Position numbers and translations under genes: made by a program. DNA of 64,000 bases from Ruditapes philippinarum (taxonomy: Eukaryota). The notes under the pieces are model-generated. The model was not told the DNA's origin and did no database searches. It was given only the letters and a program-made list of their open reading frames with translations. Location of the stretch: assembly GCF_026571515.1 (NCBI RefSeq), contig NW_026856091.1, positions 1 to 64,000 on the forward strand, written 5' to 3'. Shown here one piece after another: positions 27,621 to 39,600 of this stretch. How positions within the stretch are numbered: position 1 is the stretch's first letter; each line of letters starts with the position of its first letter.

Positions 27621-30182
27621 ATTCTACATATATTGTAAATAGATTTGTTTACGTAATGACAGCTCACCTAAATATAGAAATCTGGTAAGTAAATTTCCAA
27701 CAAGTTTTTTTTTACCCTAAACTAGATCTGTAAGAGAGGGGACGACAAGAAATACACACATCAATTCTGTACAATTTTTTTTTATTATGAAAAGTCACAC
27801 ATACATTCTATCAAAAATAATCTAACAAATAGAAATTTTACTTCTTTTCAAGTATAACATTTAAAACATAATAATAACAAAACCAGCAGAATAACAATAC
27901 TATCATAAAATTATTACAAGATTTAAATGTTTTATATTTCCAATATTTTGATATCATATTTTTATACTGATATACATGTCAAACTTCCATTAACATGGAT
28001 TTGCAAAAAATCAAATTTTTAAACCTGACAAAATGTCCAGACATGTTATAAGACAAAATATTAGTCAAAACCAATGCCTGAATCTAAAGTGATTCATTTA
28101 TTTCCAATTATACATGTACAATAAAATCAGCTAAATCTAATAAACGAAAACGCTTAATATGAAGTGAATATAATTGTTTAGAATGTTTCAAGATAGTAAA
28201 ATGTTCACAAGCAAGTTTTTATTGATGTTAAAATATAAATTTATAAATTTTATGAACATTTCAAGGTTAAAACAATCATGTATTATATAAAGTATATGTA
28301 CAACTGATATATTCCTGCATGAACTTAACTCCTTATGAAATTGTTTAAGCATAAAAAAATGAGTTATCATTTACATGTAATTACAGGTTTACAAATATAC
28401 TAGACTTATATATTAAAATTCTAAGTCACAAACAAACATGTCTAATGTTTGTGTTCATACGACACAACATGAACATAACATACATTTTGTATACATAAAC
28501 ATTCATATACTTAGTAAACAATTAAAATCATTTTTATGTTTTGAAGTTTTATTACTTAAATAATAGATTAGTTTACTTTACATATACATTTAAAGTTTAA
28601 AGGCACATTACAGATCTGAAATGAAAATATTTTTTTTTTGTCAAAATGTGTTTTTAATGTTGTTATTGAAATAGATTTAGAACACAGGATATTCTTATCA
28701 CCTGACAAAAAATGATTTTGAAAAGAAAATATGATTCATGTAGCAAGATGATTTAAACAAAATAATTATTGGACTTCCATACAAAATATGTATTCATCAT
28801 AACTGTACTAGTTGCCCATTACTACGGCCAATGAGAAATGACACCAAAAATTAAAGCTTTTGAAAAATAAATATAATTGAATTTTTAGGCTTAATGGGCC
28901 TTTAAATTGAACATGTACAACTGTTTGAAATATATGTATGGTTACATGTCACAAAACAGTTCTTTAAATAAAATAATCTTATTTTATGAAAGGATTGCAA
29001 TATCATGCAACTATACAATAAACATTTATTAAGTTTATTAATATGATTACATATGTACTAGAAACATTGAATCAGAATTTCATGTAACAAACAGACATGT
29101 GTAACATGTGTGTATATATAACATACTTTAATAATAGTATGTAATAACATTAGCAAGCATAAAATATAGCATACCCTAGTTAGAATATAGCTCATCACGA
29201 ATGAAGTGTATCCTTTACGGGTATGCATGTGTTACCAATGATTTTAAATATAACATACTCGTAATAACATTAGCAAGCATAAAATATAACATACCCTTAT
29301 TAGAATATACCTAATATTTTACTGTTTTATAACATTAAATATACATTAGTAGAAACTCATGGTACTGATTTGGCTAACTACATTCATCACGAATGAAGTG
29401 TATCCTTTACGAGTATGCATGTGTTACCTAGGATGCATTTTGTAAACACAAAATTACGTTTTTGGTGCAAATTCATGTAACATATGTTTACACAATACAT
29501 GAAAAATAATTTTCTAATACAATAACATCAGTATAAAGATATAGCTTACATTACGTTAAATTTCATTCTACTTTAACTGTCTTCACATTTCTACTGATTG
29601 AATAAAAATATACAATGTACACACAATTCTAAAAGCTAGGCAATTCTTATATGGTAAACAGTGTAAATTTTAAATGTTTTAATTTTTGCTAACCTTGAAA
29701 CCCCTAATATAATTAGAATATAAGTGTATTAAACTGATGTTGTTGTTTTCTTCTATTCTATCTACGACTGATATTTAAAAATAACATTTACCTCTATTAA
29801 GATTGATATATCTGTATGCATTATATTTCAATACATTTCTTATATTACTTATTGATAAACTGATGACAAATTGAATATTTCAAAACTTTTGTTTAAATGA
29901 CACAAATCAAAATCTAATGAACTGTTTCTGATGATTAATATGCATTATGCATTATATATATCCTCTAAGTTTACTTTGCACTATATCTATTCCTTACAAC
30001 AGTATGTAAATAACTTGTCTTTAGTATCCATTTCTTATTGAAAATAAAATAAAAACTAATTGATCATGTCTTTTAACACTATGCTTAGAGCTGCATGTAT
30101 CCCCTCTCACAGTTAACAAATCAAAACATTATTTTTGGATGAAAATGATACAAAAACACTGTTTAATTGCCTGAATTCTTAA

Positions 30183-32894
30183 TCACTTTTTTGTAGAAAA
30201 ATCAAAAGATGAATGAAAATATACAAATATATCATCAGGTTTGATATGAAATAGTTTATCTTGATCTTTAACAACATACTGTTTAGCATCATTTCCCTTA
30301 CTTCCAATAAATGGTGAGTCTTGTTCATCATCATTTAACTCTATCTCGCCATCATCTGTTATACAACATTTCAATACTTTCACATTTACAGTATGAGGAA
30401 TACTAGGAAGACTATCAACAAACTTTTGCCATGTTGTCAAAGTCATTGTCACATAATAAAGCTCAATGTCCTTTAAACTGTTCATCTGTAAAGGTGACTG
30501 TATTATATTGTTAGTTAACCTAAAATCATATAACCGAAGCATCCTGAGATTGTGTACTTTGACTAGACTTTCTCCTATCATTGTATGATATAAATGAGAT
30601 TTAAGGTCCCGGTCTGCATGTAATTCAAGCTCTTTTAATTTGTTAGATTTTCTGATGATTTCAAATATTTTCTTATAATTACATCTTTTCAAATGTGTAT
30701 ATCTAAATATTTCAAGGTTTGTAGTATCAACATCTTTCACACTAACAGCATCACACAAATAAAGGTACTTAAGACATCTTGATAAATTTACATCATGCTG
30801 TTTGAAACAATCACACCTAACTTCATGAAGATGTATTTGTTCAAGTTTACTGATTCCCTCAAGAAAATTACAAAATGTAGTAGTATCGTCATGACTCATT
30901 TTTATATAACTCATTCTTATTGCTACAAGATTTTTCATACGTGGTAGGTTTTTGACAACTGTTCTGCATACTGGAAAATAGGCAAGGGACAGAGATAGCG
31001 ATATTAATGTTAAAGTATTTTTTTTAATTATCTCTGAAGTGCATTTGTTAATCTCATCAATCATCTTTGTATAACTCTGTATAGTATTATCATTTTGTGT
31101 GCTTGAAAACAATTGGCGTTGAATTGCAGATTGGAATGTCATTTCAAGTTTTTCAAGATGTTGAAACATTGGCAAATATTTTATAAATATAACATTGTCT
31201 GTGTTGCTGTAATTTACACGAATAGACAGAACAGAGTCAGTAGCAATTTGTTTCAGATCAATTCTTGAATAAACATTATCACAGAACTGATTCAATTCAT
31301 CAATGATCAAATCTCCTAAATAAAATGCAGGAGAAGATGAGTCCTTACATTCTTCAATTAACGCAAACACAAGCTGATGAATATCAGTAAATAATATATT
31401 AATGTTTCTACTTTCAGAATCTGTATAAAATAAATCAGTTTGTGTATTTACAGTTCTCCTGTATTCCTTAACACGAGAGTCTTTTGACACAGTATCAAAT
31501 ATGAATTTTGAGACATGTGTTGCTAATTTGGGTTCTAGGCCACATAGCATAATCATGACACTTGACTGCTCTAAAATGTCATTTACTCTTATACATTTCA
31601 TACATTTCTGAAAAACGCCTTCAATAATCTCATAACAACTTTTTGCTAATTCATCATTTCCTGTACTGTTTAATGAAGCAATTTCTGTATTAAAATTGAT
31701 ACAAATATTCACTGCAGCCAGAAATTCTTGCATTGATTTGTGAATAAAAGAGAATAATGAGCTTGATGGTTCTGATACAGTAAAATTGGGACGTTCATCT
31801 TCTGTCATTATTCCAAGTTTCAAGCAGTTTTTCCTAACTTCATCTGAGATGTCTAGTTTATCCAACAAACAAATGTCAAATGCCAAGGATTTGTTCTTTG
31901 GACAATTAAACAGTGTCTTATAAGCCAATTGTGACATATCATAAATGAAATGGCGGTAAAATTGTAATTTGGTTTTATCTGCTAAATATTTAGGAAGATT
32001 AACTTCCTTTTTACCCTTGTCTCGACCATTTGTTTGTGCAGTTTTCATATCATTCCATGCAAAGAAAAGTTCCAACATGCCCGTGTAGATGGCAGCTCTT
32101 GAGGTTTTATCAAGTTTATCATCATACCATAGACAAATCAATTGTTGAAGTATAATTGGTACCTGTTTTAAACTTCCAAGGGATTTTTCTCTAAGCTTTG
32201 CCCTACAGTCTCTTGCGTCTTTATTAGCATGTTTTCTATTATTTAATTGTGAGACTGTCCTATTTACCATTTCCCTTTCACATTTAAAATCAAACCCTTT
32301 TAGTTTCAGTGATTGTTTAATATCAACACCAATTGATCGCAAAGTAAAAAATTTCCATGGACGTGAAGTAGTTACTATTGTGTACTCCTTAAATTTGCTA
32401 TGATCTGGGACATTTTCACAGGACCATTCATCTATGCCATCAAGCAAAATCATAACTCTAGAGGATTCCTTTTCAAGAAGTGTGCTTAAAATGTCCATTT
32501 GATAGCGTTTTTGAAGCATTATATCAATGTCAATGTCCTGATACTGTCTAAGAGGGATGTAAAATACAAATTCAAATTTCTTCATCACCTTTACACCCAT
32601 GAATTTTTGTTCATATGTTTTACTATCATAGTCAAGTTCCTCCTTGGTATAATTCTTGCCTTCAATTTCGTTTGTTTTTGTACCACACAATCCAGCCTGT
32701 TCCCTTTGAATTTGAAAACTAAATTCATCCCACATTTTTATCATTTCTTCATTCAATCCTCCATGTTTTTCTTTTGCACCTCCATTTTCTACATTGTCGC
32801 CCCCATGTTTCTCACTTTCACTTCTATGCTTCTCACGGCCAGCTCCATGTTCTTCATTGTCACCTTCATTTTCTTTATTGTTACGCCTATGTTT
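30183..32894 (-). CDS. NLR-like gene exon 5, distal frame: end of the repeat insert, NACHT C-terminal half, HD1/WHD/HD2 and degenerate LRRs
   Basis: Frame is open from 32894 to TGA at 30183. Motifs: FEFVFYIPLR, Walker B VMILLDGIDE (32427-32456), sensor-1 IVTTSRPW, VPIILQQLICLW, WHD motif FSFIHKSMQEFLAA, LRR-like HLEKLEM, KLEQIHL, KLKELEL, NLRMLRL, SLKDIEL. Confidence 0.93.
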   Translation of the reverse strand, partial: KHRRNNKENEGDNEEHGAGREKHRSESEKHGGDNVENGGAKEKHGGLNEEMIKMWDEFSFQIQREQAGLCGTKTNEIEGKNYTKEELDYDSKTYEQKFMGVKVMKKFEFVFYIPLRQYQDIDIDIMLQKRYQMDILSTLLEKESSRVMILLDGIDEWSCENVPDHSKFKEYTIVTTSRPWKFFTLRSIGVDIKQSLKLKGFDFKCEREMVNRTVSQLNNRKHANKDARDCRAKLREKSLGSLKQVPIILQQLICLWYDDKLDKTSRAAIYTGMLELFFAWNDMKTAQTNGRDKGKKEVNLPKYLADKTKLQFYRHFIYDMSQLAYKTLFNCPKNKSLAFDICLLDKLDISDEVRKNCLKLGIMTEDERPNFTVSEPSSSLFSFIHKSMQEFLAAVNICINFNTEIASLNSTGNDELAKSCYEIIEGVFQKCMKCIRVNDILEQSSVMIMLCGLEPKLATHVSKFIFDTVSKDSRVKEYRRTVNTQTDLFYTDSESRNINILFTDIHQLVFALIEECKDSSSPAFYLGDLIIDELNQFCDNVYSRIDLKQIATDSVLSIRVNYSNTDNVIFIKYLPMFQHLEKLEMTFQSAIQRQLFSSTQNDNTIQSYTKMIDEINKCTSEIIKKNTLTLISLSLSLAYFPVCRTVVKNLPRMKNLVAIRMSYIKMSHDDTTTFCNFLEGISKLEQIHLHEVRCDCFKQHDVNLSRCLKYLYLCDAVSVKDVDTTNLEIFRYTHLKRCNYKKIFEIIRKSNKLKELELHADRDLKSHLYHTMIGESLVKVHNLRMLRLYDFRLTNNIIQSPLQMNSLKDIELYYVTMTLTTWQKFVDSLPSIPHTVNVKVLKCCITDDGEIELNDDEQDSPFIGSKGNDAKQYVVKDQDKLFHIKPDDIFVYFHSSFDFSTKK

Positions 32895-35540
32895 TTAAAC
32901 ATCATTCTACTGCTTCCGCAGTGTCAACCCCCATCTTTTCTTCCCCCAAAATGTTTCCAAACAGCTCTTTGTGTCTTCTTTGCAAACATGTTTTTCATTG
33001 GCATTTTCCGATGTTAAACATCAGTCACTAGTCCTGTCACTGTCACACCCAGTTTTTCCCTTTGTCAACAACATTTTTCCAACAGTCAATTTCATGTTTC
33101 TCACTGTCATCTCCATGTTTTTCATTGTCATGTCCATGTTTGTCATTGTCACCTCCATGTCCTTCATTTTCACCTCCATAATCATCATTCTCACATCCAT
33201 GTTTCTCACTAACACCTCCATGTTCTTCACTGTTACCATCATGTCCTTCACTGTAACCTTCTTGTTCTTCCTTGTCACCTCCATGTTTTTCATTGTCACG
33301 TCCATGTTTCCCACTGTCAACTCCATGTTTTTCATTGTCACCTCCATGTTCTATGCTGTCACCTCCATGTTTTTCATTTTTACCTACTTGTTCTTCCTTG
33401 TCATCGCCATGTTTATTACCTTCATGTCCTTTATTGTCACCACCATGTTCTTCATTGGCACCCCCATGTTTTACACTGTCCCAAAAATGCTTTCCACTGT
33501 CAAAATTATGTTCTTTATTGTCACTTCTATGTTTCTCACTGTCATCTCCATGTTCTTCACTGTCACCATCAGGTTTTTCAGTGTTAATATCATGTCCTTC
33601 ACTGTAACCTTCTTGTTCTTCCTTGCCACTGCGATGTTTTTCAGTGTCAACTCCATGTTTGTCATTGTCACGTCCATGTTTCTCACTGTCACCTCCATTT
33701 TCTTCATTGTCACCTCCACGTTCTTCACTGTTAACTTCATGTTCGTAATTGTCACCTCCATTTCGTTCAGTGTCACATACATGCTTCTCACTGTCACATC
33801 CATGTTCTTCAATGTCACATCCATGTTCTTCATTGCGACTTACTTGTTCTTCCTTGTCACCGCGATGTTTCTCAATGTCACCTACATGTTCTTCATTGTC
33901 ACGTCCATGTTTCTCACTGTCACCTCCATGTTCTTTACTGTCACCTCCATGTTCTTCCTTGTCAACTCCATGTTCTTCACTGTCATGTAATTGTCCTTCC
34001 TTGTCACCGTCATGTTTCACATTTTCACCTCCATGTTCTTCACTGTCAGCTCCAGGTTTTACACTGTCATCTTTATGTTCTTCATTCTCACCTCTTTGTT
34101 TTTTATTCTCACCTCTATGTTCTTTACTGTCACCTTCATTTTCTTCACTGTCACCTACTTGTTCTTTCTTGTCACCGCTAGGTTTCTCAGCGCCACCGTC
34201 ATGTTCTTCATTTTCACTTCCATGTTCTGCATCGTCACCTCCATATTCTTCACTATCACTTCCTTTTTTTTCACTGTCACCTCCGAGTTCTTCACTGCCA
34301 CTCCCATGTTCTTCATTGCCACGTCCATGTTTTTCATTGTCACCTTCATGTCCTTCATTCTCACCAGCATGTTCATCATTGTCACCTACTTGTACTTCCT
34401 TGTCAGGTCCATGTTTCTCACTGTCACCTCCATGTTCTTCATTTTCAGGTCCATGTTCTTCATTGTCACGTCCATGTTTCTCACTGTCATCTCCATGTTT
34501 TTCACTGTCATCTCCATGTTTCTCACTGTCACCTCCATGTTCTTCATTTTCAGGTCCATGTTCTTCATTGTCACGTCCATGTTCTACATTGTCACCCTTA
34601 TGTGTTTCATTGTCACCTCTAAGTGCTTTATTGTCACCTCCATTATTGTATTTGTCACTTCCTTGTTCCTTAGTTACCTCTTCATTTACAACGTCAATTA
34701 CATGTTCTTTATGTTTGTCATTGCCTTCTTCATTTTCATTGCCACATCCATCCTTATTATTATTGCCACCTCCATCATTTTTGTCTTTGTTTTCTTTATT
34801 TTCAAAGTCTCCATCATGTTCTACATTTACCTTTTCATTTACAATGTCACCTTTATGTTTTTCATTCTTACCCTCATGTTTTTCAGTGTCACCTGCATGT
34901 TCTTCATTGTCACTTACTTGTTCTTCCTTGTCTGCGCCATGTTTCTCACTGTCACGTCCATGTTCTGCATTGTCAACTCCATGTTCTTCATTGTCACCTC
35001 CATTACCTTCATTGTCACATACTTGTTCTTCCATGTCACTGCGATGTTTCTCAATGTCACTTCCATGTTCTTCATTGTAACTTCCATGTTCTTCATTGTC
35101 ACGTCCATGTTCTTCATTGTCACCCCCATGTTCTTCAGTCTCACCAGCATGTTTTTCACTGTCACCTACTTGTTCTTCTTTGTCACGTTCATGTTTCTCA
35201 CTGTCACCTCCATGTTCTTCATTTTTTCCTCCAAGCTCTTCATTTTCACGTCCATGCTCTTCATTGTCACCTTTATGTTTTTCATTGTCACCTCCATGTG
35301 TTTCATTGTCGCCTCCATGTTCCTCAGTTACATCTTCATTTACAACGTTAATTACATGTTCTTTATGTTTTTCATTGCCTAGTTCATTTGCATTGCCACC
35401 TCCATTTTTTTCATTATTGCCACCTCCATTTTTTTCTTTGCTTTCTTTATTTTCAAAGTCTCCATAATGTTCCTCATTTACCTTTTCATTTGCAATGTCA
35501 CCTTTATGTTTTTTATTACCATCCTCATTTTCAATTTCAT
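32760..35540 (-). repeat. Coding 21-bp tandem repeat encoding (GGDNEEH/GxDSEKH)n, about 120-130 units
   Basis: The plus-strand unit TGTCACCTCCATGTTCTTCAT recurs throughout and translates to acidic Gly/His heptads in the NLR frame. Confidence 0.95.
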
Positions 35541-35849
35541 CTTTAAGTTTCTCACTGTGTGCCAAACACCAACAGTTGACTAGATATTTACAAAAACTAG
35601 TTTTTCCTGACCCTGCATCGCCAACAAGATATACAGATTTTTGGGGGATTCCGTTCTTTGTGAAGATTTCTGACATTGTTTTAACCTCCACCTCCTCTGT
35701 CTCACCCTTTTCTCCTTCTTTCTCGCTCGTTATTGTGGGTCTAATATAAATCTCACTAAAGCTACATTTTCCATGGTGTGGTTGTACAGGTGTTGTAGGA
35801 ACTTGCAGCAGGGTTTTGTGATACTGATCCATAAGCTTTTTCCTCATTG
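33043..35849 (-). CDS. NLR-like gene exon 5, proximal frame: pre-NACHT helix, Walker A and the repeat insert
   Basis: Acceptor TTAATTACAG at 35850-35851, phase 1 (G|CA = Ala). FSEIYIRP pre-NACHT motif, Walker A GDAGSGKT (35599-35622), then heptad repeats. The frame ends at TGA 33043-33045 in a garbled patch. Confidence 0.9.
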
Positions 35850-36634
35850 CTGTAATTAAGATACTTAATATTAAATTAAACTGACACAGAAAAAAAGTAA
35901 ATAATACAAAAAATTAGTATAGACCCGGATAAATTATCTCAAGCCTTAAACATACAATGTAAAAAAGAAAGACAACCGTTTATTCCATGTTCTCTTAACA
36001 TCAACAAAGTTCAATGTACTGCACAAAACACGAAAAATCAGTCAGATACTTTTTAAATATAATTCTATTTTTCTTTTCTTTAAATACTTAACATTACTTG
36101 TCAATCTATTGCGTTATTCTTTGTTTAAAATAATAATACACATATTAACAAAAGAAGCATTGCATTCAATGAACGCAACCCATTATTAAACACAATTACA
36201 AAGCTTATCCCTCGGTTTCGCTTCAGACGTGTTATGGAACTGATTCATGTTTATTGGTCACAAATCAAAACGAGTCAATCTAAATATAAATGTATTAACC
36301 GGAAGTTTACGAAAATATGTTCTTTAATCAGCGAACATGAAAAGTGTCCGTATATGTACGCTAACCAATCGCCGAAGACGATAAATATATAGATTATGCA
36401 GAAATGCATCAATGAATCACGTATTATGCAAACCTTACCTTACGTATTGTACATAGCCTGATGACGTATTACACATTTATTTAAGATGAATTGAAACTAA
36501 AAGTCATTTTGTATGAAGACACATTTAAAATCCAACCGCGTTTCGGGCTTACACTCGCGCTTTGGATTTTTGCAGGCCCAAATGCGATTTTACCTGCCTC
36601 TGGTATCGAGCGTGTGCCTTCTTTGCAGATTGCA

Positions 36635-39600
36635 GAATATAACATACCTGTTTAAGCCATTACATATATTGTATAAAATTCCTTATTAATGTTTTTCATA
36701 TCATATAAAACATATCTAATTTTGTTTTTTGATATTCTATATTACATACCTAATTTAGCCTTTCTTTATTTGAATAAAACACCTTAATTGGCATTTTAAT
36801 ATTTTATATAACATTACCGACTTAGTCTTTTCATATTTTATATATTAATATATTTGATTTAGCCTTTTAACATTTATATAACGAACATGATTAAGGCTTT
36901 TCATACTCTACAAAACAAACCTAATAAACGCATTTCATATTTTATATACTATGCCTGATTTTCATATTCTCCATGACATAATGATTTACAATTAGTCTTT
37001 TCACATTCAATAAATCATAGCCTATTCATAACCATTTAACATACCTGATTCAGTCGTTCTTTATTTTATTTAACATATTCTATATAACATGCATGACTTA
37101 GGCTTTTCATATTCTTTCATTATTTCACTGGATAAGCCTATTTATTTTTTAAAAAATGTACCTGACTTGGCTTTTTCATATTCTATATAGCAAACATGAT
37201 TAAGCGTTTTCATGTTCTTTATATTACACCTGATTTAGCCTTTTCATATTGTATATAACATGCATGACTTTGACTTTTCATATTCTTTTTTTACGTAAAT
37301 GATTACGCCTAATTACTTTCTGTAAAATATACCTGATATAGCCATCTTATACTTTATATAAATTACATGATTTAACCTTTTCAAATTCTATATAACATTC
37401 CTGATTGAGTCTTTTTTTTTTCTTTTTTAAGATGCCTGACTTAGGATTTTCATATTCTACATAACTTACCAGATTTAGCTTTTTCAAATTCTATATACTA
37501 TACATGATTTCGTCTTTTCATATATGATATAAATTACCAGATTTAGCAATTTCATGTTCTATAAAACATCCTGATTTAGCCATTTTCTACAAACCTGATT
37601 GTGGCTATTTATTTCTTTGAAAAAAACCTGAGTTAGCCATTTCAAATTCTATATATTAACATATCAAATTTAGCCTTTTCATATTCTATATAACATACGT
37701 GATAAAGCCTTTTCAAAATTTTTATAACATACCTGATTTGGCTTTTTCGTTTATTATGTAACTTGCCTAATTTATCCTTTTCATATGATATATTGTCACA
37801 AAGTAAACCATTTCATAAATGCTCAGAAGTGCTTTAAGTACTTTGATTTTTACATAATTCGTAAGTGCTCAGAAGTGCTCTCAGTACTTTGATTTTTGTA
37901 GTATTCTATTCATGCCGAACCTCAGTTTTATACTAAATACAATGTACATTATTGTATCATCTTTTTGTAAAATTCAGAGTTATCGAGTGAAATTATTTAT
38001 TTCAGTATTTTGATCTATTGCTTAAATTTCTTGGTATCATTTCAAGTATGTTGACATATTTTTCATAAAATTCGGTCCAGTAATAAGAAAGTTAGATTTT
38101 TGTGATAAAGTGTAAATTTATTTATGGTCTATTAATTTGATATTACAGGCCTGTATATTTTGTTATACATGCGTTCTGGAATGCAAAAAATCGTAAAAGT
38201 TATGTTTCACGCTTTCTACTCGGGGGAACTATGCATAATGTATATATTGAACGATTTTAAATCTTCTTTGGGTCTCACATTTAGACGTGTAAAGACGCAC
38301 AAGGTCATTATGACAGACCAATTTATTTTTGTTGTGTAAATTTGAAGCTTGCGCAAGGTAAGTTTTTCTTTTCTTCTTGTTTTATTTAGTAAATTTTTGT
38401 TATTTCAGAAGATCGTTATTCAGTTAATTTTTCCTTACATAATCGTTTTGTATTTTTTTTTTTTTTTTTTTGCATTTTTGACAGTATTTGTTTGTTCTCC
38501 AAACTTTCGTCTTCTGTAGAGTTAGGACTCTAGTGTTTCATTCATTACTTGAATATTGGTAATCTGTTTATTATCATTGATAGTTGTTGTTATGTATGGA
38601 AGGCCGTTAACGCATTATTTTATCATACATATATTTCATTTATATTTACTAAACTAAGTTTTCATGTTCTTGTTTAATACAGTTAGTATTTTTATAATTG
38701 AGTCTGCTGCAGATGTTTTTTATATAATTCTTATTTTTTTAAGTAATTTTCGTATCACTTCACATCATCATTATTTTTTTTTTGTACGAAATAATATGGA
38801 TTCGATTCAAGGATGGATTTTGTCGATGTTTAGGTGGCACCCGGTCTTGCTTCATGTTTTATATCTTACATCGTGCTACGATGTAATATCAACGTTGAAT
38901 TTACTTTACCGATGTGTATGGCGTTCCATAAGGAACATCATTTTTTTAGAAACTTTGTTTATAGAAATCCGACAAAGGTCCGGCTATGCCAAAGGGACAT
39001 ATTTATACCCTTATATTTGTGTACCATGGATATTTACCATGTTTTATATTTTGTAGCTTCTACTCGGAGGATTCACCTGCAATTTTGTATCACGCATGTG
39101 TTCAACATAGCGACGATAGTGGATATTGTGACGTAGCGACGCAGTCTTGGATCTACACTCTGTAGACAGTACAGAATCGATCTTTCTGCTTTGAATGGGC
39201 CACATCTGGAGATTGTGACGTAGAGACCCCACATCCACAGTCTTGGATCTACACTCTGTAGAATCAATCTTCTGCTTTGGATGGGTCACATCTCGAGCTT
39301 CAGTGTATTTTTTTTAGTTAAGTCACCGGGACAAAGTGCTATTCGACAGGACACGGAACTTTAATTTATTTTGTTTTTCTCTTTTCATTCATTGCTTATC
39401 ATTTAATTTCATTTATAAATATTCATTTATTTTTGTAAATATATATTTAAATAGTGTGTACTGAGTTGTGCTTTGTTTTTTTATGGTAGTTGTGATCAGC
39501 CTGTGTTCCATCGAAGTCCATAATGTGACATATATATCATACCTGATTTAGAATTTTCATATATTATATAACACACCTGACTGAGGCTTCCATAATCTAC

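Noticed and set aside
32499-35749. Long plus-strand ORFs (TSMFFIV)n and (SPPCSSL)n, and minus-strand (MEVTMKN)n ORFs
   Set aside because: They are shadow frames of the stop-poor 21-bp coding repeat. Only the GGDNEEH frame connects to the NACHT motifs.
36150-36600. Intronic patch with CCAAT, ETS (ACCGGAAGT) and CRE-like motifs as an internal promoter
   Set aside because: It could equally be a small transposon remnant (AGAAGC...GCCTCT ends), and there is no independent support.
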